A stretch of DNA of 64,000 bases from NCBI RefSeq assembly GCF_964355755.1, contig NC_092678.1, positions 4,914,422 to 4,978,421 on the forward strand, given 5' to 3'. Below the pieces are notes generated by a model. The model did not search any database. It was not told where the DNA came from and saw only the letters and a list, made by a program, of their open reading frames with translations. Shown piece by piece: positions 53,701 through 64,000 of this stretch (position 1 is the stretch's first letter; every line of letters starts with the position of its first letter). The DNA comes from Antedon mediterranea. Its lineage: Eukaryota; Animalia; Echinodermata. A program made the position numbers and the translations under genes.

Positions 53701-56700
53701 TTCATACAAACAGGCTCAGGTCATGACATAAACAAACCAGATTTTGCAAAATCAATCTAAAAAAAAAACTTGGTACAGTAAGTATTATTCCCAACAAATC
53801 GGCTTATATTTGACCTTCAGCTAAACATCCATAGATTAATTATCAAAAGTCATAACATGTTGAAATTCACAATAAAACAAAACCAGCGTGTACAGGTACA
53901 GTATTGCTATGATGTTTCTGCACAATTAATTCTCAATTAATTTGCTGTGTATTGCTGAATTCTTGGCTGTCTTTATTTAGTATTGTATGTTCAAAGAAGT
54001 TATTTAAGACTTTTTTCCAAATGAGGCAAGCCCGCAAATATTCCTATTTATACCAGAGCCACACACTGCTGTTCAGTCTTGCATCTCAGTAGGTTTTAAG
54101 AGCCTAGACGCCTTGTACCCCTGCTTGGGGCTAAGCCAGCTTGCTTGACTTAATCTCATATGTTTTTCATTACAATTCACAACAGTGAGTACATTATGTC
54201 CAGCAGCTGACCCCAAAGCTCGCTATCATCGTACCTTCACTCGGTAGAGACGAATAACTCAGGATATTCCATGTTACAGTAGGTTTCCTTCCTGTCGGAC
54301 CAATCATCTATCAAAACTTTGCTAAGAAGATAGTGTTCAACAAGTTAGGCAACAGCATTGAAATGAGCTGAATCACACAGTATGCAAATGAAGGAAATGG
54401 CAATCATGTTTGCCTTCACTTCACTATGTTTTTAGGTACTTCTTGTCAGACATAAAACTGGGGTAAATGTACTCTTGGTAGGTCAAAGTTAACTAGACGG
54501 AAATACTACTTTACACAAGTTATTTTTATCCCGATGTTTGAGTAGTTACAAGTATTATACAATATTATTAAATTTATGGATATATTTTTAGAGTATGTAG
54601 TCAAGGACAACAAATGAGTTCTCTATTTTTACTTTAACCAGACAATCTGATAATAAAATAAGAAAACATTTTGGCTAATTCTTCAGTTCTAATCATTATT
54701 CATTTCATCTTTTATTCTGGAAAAAAAGAATACATATTTATTACATTATTACAATATTTCTAAAAAAAAAACCAATTTCTACTGTAATTTGATGAAGACA
54801 TACTCATTTATACATTAGATTTTGTAATCACTACAGAACTTGTCAAAAACCAGATGTTTTGTTTCAATCCAAGTTTCGATTTATTCTGAGAAATTATATA
54901 AGACAGATTGGAAACAACTGGCACAAGCACTACTGTACTACAATACTGCTGTATGCCTAATGTAATAATTACATTATTTCTTTCTATCAGTAACCAGTGT
55001 CTTCTAGCATATTACAATATAAACTGTACAGACACACCCTTTTGGAGAGACTAAACGTTGATTGGTGAACACTTGAGTAAATTTGATTAAATAACTGTGA
55101 AACACCTTCAATTCCTCTACATCAATGGACACAAGGGCTAGTCACAAACCCTGTATCATATTTCCAAGTCACAACCCAGGCTCATCCTCAACCCCCATTT
55201 TCCTTTTAAACCAACTTGTCAACATCTGTCTTTTTAGTTTGTATTCTGTAAAACTAATTTAAAAATGATGCACATTTTGCAAACCAATATTAAACAAAGA
55301 TTAGTAATATGACATGGTCATTAATTAGTGAGAGATGCAGCAGGAATCTAGTCACCAGTGATTCTTCTCTCTCATTGATCACAATGTGACCTCAGCCCTC
55401 TTCTTCTTAATGAGCTTCATCTTTTTGTCAGGCTGTCAATTATTCAAATCTAGTATTCATAATGCAATGGATTGGACTAACGTCCTCCATTTAGCAAAAT
55501 AAAAATATTTGAAATTATCATAATTATCTTTTACATGTAAAATAAATGTCTTTTAACAACAGAATATGGTTTTTAATAGTCTTATGTGATTTAGAATTAT
55601 TGAGATACATTCTATTTAAAACTTTCCAATTCAATTTAACACAATAAATAAAAATTAAATAGATATTGTTTTAAAAATGTACGAAAAAAAATTAAATGAA
55701 AGGTTTTATTTTACAACGTACAAGTGTAGCAATTTATTATATAACTTAATGGATTGCGTTTTTAGTTAAATTACTTAATTACTCAAAACAAATGCAATTT
55801 ACTATAAATTCTGTTGATTCTATGATTTACGTTTTCTTTTACTTTCTCAGTTTAGCTTAGTAAAAACCATGTCGATCTTTTTAGCAGACAAAGTAACTAA
55901 ATATAACTTTATATTATGAATCATTTCTCCTAACTTGATATGAATAACAAGAGTTCACAGTTCCTGCAGCATAAAGGTTACAGACAGTTTTTGACAATTC
56001 AATTTATCAATGAATAATAATTTACTACTGCTCACTCCTGCAGTATATTGCCTGTTCTTTACTACTGTACATCTTTGATATAAATTCATTTGAATCATAA
56101 TTATTATTAAGAGAATTTTTCTGTTTTGTTGATCCTGTGTCGCAGGGAAACAAGCGGGGGAACTGACGTCAATGTCACAGTGAAAAAACACAGCGCTCTC
56201 AAAACACCAGACTATTTAACCAAGATCAATAGTGTACTTTGTGAAATGTCATAGTAAGTACAATTTTTAGTACTTTCAATCTATTGGATCAACAAAAAAG
56301 AAACATCATTCTTTTCTACTGTAGGTTGTATTACAGTTTTACTTATAATAATACTTTATTTGGATTCTTATATTTAAAAGATTCTTGGAAAAAAACGAAC
56401 TGAAATTTTAAATAACCCTGCAAATAATGTTTGAATTGTTTTTTGTTGTTTTTGTATTTAATTTCTTTTAATTTGTACCAACTTTATTATTATGTAAGAC
56501 TAGACTAGATCTCTTATTCGTCATGTTATTTTGCTTTTTCTTTTTAATTTTACTTCGGATGCACCGTTAGGTATTGTCTAACGTGTGCCACTGTTACTCA
56601 AGTGATTCCATTAAAATTGTATTGTATTGGAAGCTGATGTGGAATCATAATCAATCAATCAATAATAAATTTTATTTCTCAAATAAAAACAAAGATAATA

Positions 56701-57615
56701 CCCTTCTGGAAGTTTAAGCTATAAAATGTGTCATTAATAAATGTAGTCAGTCTGTGAGATGTGAGCAGAGTTTTAAACTGCTAATGTTGAGATAATAATA
56801 ACGTCGTTTAATAATATTTAAGATTGAAAATGTCCTGGAGTACTTGGTTGGAATCGTGCTACAGTAGTTAGCAAAACTTGATAATAGTTACAGGGACTTT
56901 TAAAATGCATAGCAATTGGTTGAGAATACAACATTATACATACACTGTAGCAATTACTTTACTAGATTACTTTCTATACAGTAAGACAATAGAAAAGAGT
57001 GTTTGACTGAAACTAGAAACAGAAAGTAAACTTAATGCTGTCTTCAGTATCACAATGACCTTCAACAGCAAACTTTTTCTTTCTTTTATTTAATAACGAG
57101 AAAAAACAATCAAACTACAGTATTGTATTCGGTTCATCCTTCCTGTATTCAATTATACTAAATAAAATGCAAAGGCCTAGATTTAAAAACGAAAATACAT
57201 AGGCCCCTAGTGGGATACACATAGTATAATAATAAGTGGATGATGTCTAGCCTAGTAATTAGGCTGCCTGAATAATATATAATAAATCTAGGCCTACCAC
57301 TTCACTGAGTGAAATAACATTTTTTTCAGTCTATTATTAGTATTATATAAATAAAAACAAATACATATTATAAATATTCAATAACATCCAGGACTCTCCA
57401 GGATTGCACAAAAGGGTCAGGGTCGAATTGACCAAGAAGGGCAGTGGAATTGACACCGAGCAATCACAGCCCAATCAATTTTCTGTCAAAGGTATCACCA
57501 CCCTACCTCATACCGGGAGGACGGGCTGCAAAACGACTTTCTATTTTAATTAATACTCACCACGCGTATTTCCATCAAAATCTTGTAAAATCTCTTTTTC
57601 TTGTTTTCTATCCAT
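23784..57615 (-). CDS. SRGAP: SLIT-ROBO Rho GTPase-activating protein family member (F-BAR + RhoGAP + Pro-rich tail; no SH3 found)
   Basis: Exon 1 57561-57615 (MDRKQEKEILQDF); 50080-50260 (EIRQRLTEQLKCLD...EIEFDYARALERL); about 43075-43237 (SPQACWNTLL); about 35350-35478 (KARNDYIL); 31.5-31.8 kb (CLDLGY...FHYQPHGGDE). RhoGAP exons 27.2-29.2 kb (DIPVVVLSCI, GLHHQGIFRVGG, SVASVLKCYFREL, ENMMDSHNLAICFGPTLMP). Last exon EIDNTMANNLKEL...KPAVRPKP...NKSMTL* at 23784. Confidence 0.93.
26802..26943. mobile_element. MITE family A copy 6
   Basis: TIRs and core as above. Confidence 0.85.
31237..31347. mobile_element. MITE family A copy 7 (one TIR missing)
   Basis: Core plus right TIR ...GATAGTGTAGACAGAGCT|TTA. 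Confidence 0.75.
33799..34162. mobile_element. MITE with about 45-bp TIRs
   Basis: AGGGAGTTTCGCAACCTTACGAATACGGTAACGAAAACGGATACGTCA is mirrored by TGACGTATCCGTTTTCGTTATCGTATTTATAAGATTGCGAAAC. Confidence 0.8.
35089..35242. mobile_element. MITE family A copy 8
   Basis: TIRs, TTA on both flanks. Confidence 0.8.
35574..35756. mobile_element. Foldback MITE with about 55-bp TIRs
   Basis: CTAGCTTACCTGGATAAACCAACAATAGCCCTTT mirrored by AAAGGGCTATTGTTGGTTTATCCAGGAAAGCTAG. Confidence 0.8.
41138..41332. repeat. About 57-bp tandem repeat x3
   Basis: ATAATGTGCTGCAAATAGGCGATGATAACATTGCTGATGATGACCTATGACCTATTA repeated. Confidence 0.9.
41840..42090 (+). mobile_element. 3' end of an L2/CR1-group LINE (ORF2 C-terminus plus (ATTG)n tail)
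   Basis: LRSS...GDRTFSVAGPRLWNHLP...FKSLLKTFL is the typical L2/CR1-group ORF2 end, followed by ATTG repeats. Confidence 0.85.
43425..43789 (-). mobile_element. 5S rRNA-derived SINE (SINE3-type)
   Basis: Minus strand 43789-43696 reads ACAACGTTGAAACACCGGTTCTCGTCAGATCACCGAAGTTAAGCG...GGGCCTGGTTAGAGCTTGGATGG...GGGAATAACGGGTGCTGTA (5S-like), followed by a non-5S body of about 230 bp and an (AAAAT)n tail. Confidence 0.8.
45483..46402. mobile_element. 920-bp non-autonomous PIF/Harbinger-like element
   Basis: TIR GGGCCTGTTTCTGCTGA / TCAGCAGAAACAGACCC (16 of 17 match), perfect 3-bp TSD TAT, many subterminal AAYCGATT motifs at both ends. Confidence 0.88.
46412..47020. repeat. 43-44 bp hairpin-containing tandem repeat
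   Basis: TATGTAAGAAGAAATAAGTTAGGACTTATTTCTCCTTGCAT about 9-10 times; a perfect 18-bp-arm palindrome at 46412-46451. Confidence 0.9.
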
Positions 57616-58022
57616 TTATATCTATCACCTTCTGCACAAAATAAAAGTTTATGAAGATGTAGGCCTTATAAACGATATAAATAACTCCAGTGACACAGAC
57701 AGGGACTACTCGATGGTGCTGCGCTAGTCCGCTCTAAAGGTCGCCATTTTATTAAATGAATAGAAACTTCCGGGTTTGCATTATGGGTAAATTTAAAGGG
57801 ATAAACGTATGACGTTCATTGGTTACTTTTGTCTACCTAGACCAATCAATCAAGCCATTTTAAACAATTAGCCAATCAGATCAGTTCCTGTTCAAGAATC
57901 TCACATTAATATGCACGTGCGGTTGATTTAAAAATAAATAAGAAACCGACCGCAACAACGCGAGAGAGCTAGCTAGAAAACTCCACTTGAATTCAATATT
58001 ATACTTGGTTTAACATTTTAAA
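57616..58022. promoter_or_regulatory. Bidirectional promoter srGAP/FAM72
   Basis: About 407 bp between divergent ATGs. YY1-like CGCCATTTT at about 57742, ETS-like ACTTCCGG at about 57766, CCAAT boxes at 57818 (reverse), 57842 and 57872, CACGTG at 57914, TGCGG-N4-TTTAAA at 57918-57932. Confidence 0.75.
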
Positions 58023-58938
<916 letters not shown>

Positions 58939-59571
58939 AAAAATACTGCAATGAATTCACAGACACAACTCTAGATACAGTAAATTAATCTCGGTTCATT
59001 CTAGCAATTCATGAAAATATTTGTGAATAGAGAAACATTTGGCATGGCATGTCACTCCTATACTGGAACTGGAATCTAGTTACGAAAAAAAAACATGAAA
59101 GACAAAATATTTAATATAATGTTTTAATCTCCATTTTAGCAGCAGTGTACCTATTTTGGATAGTAAAAAATTAATATATTATTAAAAAAAATAAAATAAC
59201 CTAAGGATATTTATAATATGGCTAAAAAACATGATCCCACATGCAATATGTCGTTAGCTACAATTAAATCCATCCATTTATTTCAAACAGAAAACTTATT
59301 TGTTTCCTTACTGTATTTGTCAAATTTGGGATGATGGTATATAAGAAAATTAAAATTAAAAACAATTTTACAACTATTTTAAACAGTGAAAATGTATATA
59401 ATTTTAGAACATTAAATAAAATCTGGCAAGCTATTTTATTTATCTTTATTGCTTGTGAACTTTTAGGGTCGGAACTGCCAACACAGTCAAGGTGGATACA
59501 TATTTATACAACATCTAACTACAAATATACATCTAATGTAAAAATACATTTTAACTTATTTAAATAGACGG

Positions 59572-61725
59572 TCACATAATTTTAGTCCAAGCAAATTTGT
59601 CTCTTAATACAGACAAGAAATGTTGATTTGTTTCTTGCTTAAACCATCGGTACCACTTCACAATTTCTTGTCTTTTTTGTACAACATCGTTTGCGTTTGC
59701 ATCCAAATTCTTTAAAATATCTGGAAGCTGATTCCAGTCTTTAATATAAATGAACGGCGCATTCATCTTACGAAGAAGTCGTAATGGACTATTCCCATTT
59801 CTATCGCATTCACCTTCTGTGACAGCGTCCTCAACGATTGGTATTGAGCCGTACGACATCGCTTCGTATAATCTATAGCATTCCGTGTTGACACCAACAG
59901 GATTGAGTGTGAAATCACTTGTAGCCAGACCTCTCTTATAAACATCTAAACTCTCCTTTGACTCGAGTGGTTCCCAGCTAATAGAGAAAAAAAATGTATA
60001 AAGCTCTGTCTATACTATCAAAAAAGTGTAATGTGCCCAAATATAGTAGCGATATGCTCAAATATGGTAGTGATGTGTCCATACATTGGCACATCATTTT
60101 GTCACATAAAGTTTAATAGTGTAGACAAAGTTTAAGATGACCTTATAGAGGGCTAAATTATTGCACAGTAGTTTAGTAACTGAAGAGATTCTTGAATACC
60201 TTGTTCGAGTTTTTATGAAACATTTGTCGTCAAGTCCAGCTCCCTCTAAACTATTCATCAACTTCTCTCGTGATGAACCTGGGTAAATTGTTCCTAAAAA
60301 ATTGCATACATATGGTCTGGATATATTTATTCTGATTGCTTCTTCCTGTACAACTGGGAAGCCTCTATACCTGCAGGATAAAAGATAAGATTGTTCACAT
60401 CAATTTGCATAGATTTGAGGACAGAATGGTTAATACAGAACACACTGAAAGGTAAACATACGTTGCAACACCAAGTGGCCATTGAAAGATGTTGTCATCA
60501 TTGACAATTTGCGTGTCATACGTGATAAACAAAGCCTTGACAAGTCCGCCATGTGTTGTTAGGTACTGAAGTATCCATTCATTGTTACACTGTTCATTCC
60601 CTAAAAGAACCACAGCTATGTTCTTTAAATTAGAATAATGTGGAAGGTAGTCAAGCCATGACCTCGCAAAGTCTATTTTTTCTTGCGTTCTCCCGTTTAA
60701 AACCAAAACAAGGTTTTCAACATCTTGGGGTACAGTTGACTGCACCACACCGGGTCCTGTACGAAATCTACAAAGGAAATTACAAATTTAAGCAAATTAA
60801 TTTGATGAATTTTACCGAAAAAAACCCACTTGTATAATAGAGAAATACTTAGCAGAAAATACTTACTGGAATTTCAACTCATCTTGAGTGAATGTACCAT
60901 ACATTGAGAGTCCTCCTAACTCGCTTTCTAGTTCACCCTTTAATATATGTTCCCACAAGTAAAGACCTAAAAAAGGTGAAAAATTTGCATTTTTAACATA
61001 TAAAAAAAAAAATGGAGGATTCTGTTGTGTCAATTGTAAAGAAAGTGTATACAGTCTTTAAAGGTTTTATACCAACATTGCAGTGTAACTTATTAATGCA
61101 ATGGCCAACATCTTTAAAAGGATTGTAAGTACTTACAAAGTAAGTAAATTAAGTAAACTTACTTATAGCAGCTTTCCCCCATATTTCCACGTTCTTTGTT
61201 CTTATAGAACTTGTTTCATTTCTGCTAGAGAAGTTGTTTGATATGTGATTGATTCTTTTGCCAAACAGTTTAGACCGGGGACTGGTAGTCTTCTTCAATG
61301 AGAGAAGATTTTGCTTTAAATCTTTATCTGAAGAAAATCATTCATATTATACATATAAATAAACACAAAATATTTTAGTAGTAGGGAGTGAGGGTTTGGG
61401 GGTAGAATGGGGTAAAAGATGTGCAAGAAAAACAGTCTAGGGATCAGGGGATCACGTAAGCCACGTACATATTAATTAAAATAAATTCCAAAATAATAAA
61501 TATTTTCTAGGCCTAACATTTCACACACTCACTCGCCTGCCCGAAGCGATCGGCTAACTTTGTTGCAGGACGAGCCGTCCTATTGGCCCAGCCTAGAAAT
61601 TCAGGTACCTATTACTCACCAGTTTCGCCATATCTTTGATCATATAACGCATACAAACTGTACAGACTAAAGAAACAATACACAAGGATGATAATTCCTC
61701 CAAATATAGTCAACGAACACTTCAT
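59572..61725 (-). CDS. RXYLT1: Ribitol-5-phosphate xylosyltransferase 1 (TMEM5), 6 exons
   Basis: N-terminal TM segment (IFGGIIILVYCFFSLY); VEIWGKAAI|SLYLWEHI; NLVLVLNGR; AVVLLGNEQCNNEW; FQWPLGVAT; RPYVCNFLGTIY; TLNPVGVNTECYRLYEAMSYGSIPIVED. Stop at 59572. Confidence 0.93.
60002..60132. mobile_element. MITE family A copy 9
   Basis: TIRs, TAA on both flanks. Confidence 0.8.
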
Positions 61726-61919
61726 TTTGTAAAAAATAATTGTCAAGGCCTATCATCACTCATGGAGGTCGCCATGTTTGTTTTGAATTAAATGTCAAAG
61801 GTTACATACACACATGGCATTCAGTGGGTTTTAAATTTTATGTGGTGCTGCACACTAGCTGCTGCATTTTGAAGCATAAAAACTGGGTTTACAACTTAAA
61901 TATTAACATTTTAACGAAA
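61726..61919. promoter_or_regulatory. Bidirectional promoter RXYLT1/THUMPD3
   Basis: Only 194 bp between divergent ATGs; YY1-like GTCGCCATGTT at about 61768-61778. Confidence 0.65.
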
Positions 61920-63620
61920 ATGGAAACTGGAGACAGTATAGTAGAAATAGGTGCAACTGTGCCAACTGGTTTTGAGTACCTAATTAAAGAAGAATGCAAA
62001 GAAAAACTGGAGAACGAAGCACAGTGTCGCAGAGGAAAAGTTTATTTTCCAATTAAATTTGAAGATTTGCACAAGGTTGTTTGTAATATTAAATACCAAT
62101 ATGATTCACTGAGGGAGGGAACTGATTAGTGCCTCCTTTTAAATGAGCGGCCCTAGAAACCATCATCAAGAACTGATGACGTTTCTTTTGTTGTATGTCA
62201 TCCTTTTTATTAATTACAATAATTTGTCTATCATAGGTTATCACATTAAGAGGAGTCGATAATGTTTTCATCGTTGCAAAGGAGATTGTTAAAGATGAAA
62301 GACTATTAGATGAAAAAGTAAGTTGCAATAATTAATGTCTTTTACTATTTCATTAACTAGGAATGTAAACAGGTACATAATTGTTGAATATTTCATATTT
62401 TATACATTTATTGTTTTCTTTGTTTTCCCTAGGAAGCAGCAATTAAGTTTCTTGTTAACTTTACTGAAGGATTCAACTGGTTGCCTGCTCTTAATGCCTG
62501 GCAATCATTTACTGGAACAAACTTTGACCTCACTCTCCCTGACCCAAACAACAGCAGCGAACAACGTAACCTTCCATCATTCCGTGTCACCTGCACAAGG
62601 TCGGGTCAGAGACACAAGTTTGGTTCACCAGATGGAGCTTGTCACATTGGTGGTAAAATAAACGATATGTACCATTGGCCCGTCAAGATGAAGAACTCGG
62701 ACTTGGATATTATGGTTGATATAACGGATGATAGCGTTATCTTTGGAATTGCTTTGACTAGAGCAAGTCTTCATAGAAGAAATATTACACACTTTGGGCC
62801 AACCACTCTGCGACCCACCGTGGCATATGGAATGCTAAGGTACCCCCTGTTGACATCCTTTTAAGTTCATGATAAATTGCCATTCCTCCTCAGGATTCTT
62901 GCATATTAACATGCATAAAAAAAAGGTCTGTAAATTAAATTGTGACATTTTTTTTGTCCATTGTAGGTTGGCAAATCCAAAACCTGGAGAGGTGGTGTGT
63001 GACCCAATGTGTGGAGGAGGATCCGTCACAATAGAGGTATCAATCATTACAATCTACAACTTACTACACACATCCAAGACATTTGATATTAATTATAACA
63101 TTGTGATGTTTTCCTAGGGTGCATGTTCATGGGCGTCAAACTATTTTGTGGCAGCAGACATCAATAAAGTTGGAACTGAGCGTGCAGTGGGAAACTTAAC
63201 AGATATGGCAGCCTCTCGCAAGATAGAGCAAGGAAAGTGAGTGTGACAGTTACGACAAGTTTTCTTTGTCATGATGAAAAGATCATTGCTAACATTTTAA
63301 ACATTGCAGATTAATTATCACCAAGCCAGTTACCCATCATTTACTAGTAATCAACTTTGTCTTCTTTTTTTCAGAGGTGCTCTTATGAATGATGTGTTGA
63401 GATGGGATGTGTGCAAATTGCCTTTGAAAACCAATTCTGTGGATGTTTTTATCTCAGATATGGTGAGACAAAAAAGAACATATCTCTAGCAATAATTTCT
63501 TTTTTTCTGTAATCAAAAGCAGTAATAGAATAAATAATTCTAGGAATATTAACACTATTTTTTGTTTTTATCTCTTTTTTAATGAACGCTACTGCACCAA
63601 CATCAGCCTTTTGGAAAGAG
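61920..63620 (+). CDS. THUMPD3: THUMP domain tRNA m2G methyltransferase (partial; continues past window)
   Basis: IGATVPTGFE...; SFRVTCTRSGQRHKF; LHRRNITHFGPTTLRPTVAYGML; DPMCGGGSVTIEG; WDVCKLPLKTNSVDVFISDM|PFGKR (14-nt exon 63607-63620). Confidence 0.93.
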
Positions 63621-63784
63621 GTAGGTATAATCAGTGTACCATGTCCCGCATACCTGGCTTAGCCTATATATTGTGCCAGTTCTGCGGTACATTTCATTTC
63701 GAAACCTGAGCTGCACTGACGAGATCTAATAAGATCGAAACAGTACTGTCCAGATTACAGATTGTACAGATTGGATATATAAAA

Positions 63785-63981
63785 GCCCTAGTGGTCTAAT
63801 GGTTAGGACATCTGCATATCAAGCAGGCGGTCCGAGTTAGAGTCTCTGTTTGGGAGACTTTTTCTCATTCTCACAGATTTCCTCATCTTTATCGTTTCAA
63901 ATTAATTAATTAAATTTCAGTATATCACCGGGCGGTTTCGAACTAATGTTCATTGCCTAATGTGTTTATATATATATATAA
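63785..63981 (+). mobile_element. tRNA-derived SINE or tRNA pseudogene in a THUMPD3 intron
   Basis: A-box TGGTCTAATGG, anticodon arm CTGC-ATATCAA-GCAG, degenerate B-box GAGTTAGAGTC, poor acceptor stem, downstream body ending in (TA)n. Confidence 0.55.
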
Positions 63982-64000
63982 ACTTGCACTGAGCTAGTGT

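Overview
AT-rich, intron-containing eukaryotic (metazoan) genomic DNA, most likely from an invertebrate; deuterostome or echinoderm-like origin is an inference only. From left to right: (1) the 5' half of an apparently intact Gmr1-type Gypsy LTR retrotransposon on the minus strand (Gag/SCAN-like, CCHC, protease, integrase, then RT running off the window; tRNA-Leu PBS and LTR); (2) an unrecognised spliced gene of about 838 aa (+); (3) DALRD3 (-) head-to-head with MSH4 (+); (4) a 34-kb srGAP gene (F-BAR + RhoGAP, no SH3 found) (-) head-to-head with FAM72 (+); (5) RXYLT1/TMEM5 (-) head-to-head with THUMPD3 (+, truncated by the window end). Introns carry a high-copy PIF/Harbinger-like MITE family (9 copies), other MITEs, a 5S-rRNA-derived SINE, a tRNA-derived SINE, a LINE 3' end and several minisatellites. 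The most notable signal is the srGAP-FAM72-RXYLT1-THUMPD3 block. In human these three neighbours are split among the paralogues SRGAP2 (FAM72), SRGAP1 (RXYLT1) and SRGAP3 (THUMPD3), so this window looks like the pre-duplication ancestral locus. All gene models were spliced and translated by eye; no searches were run.
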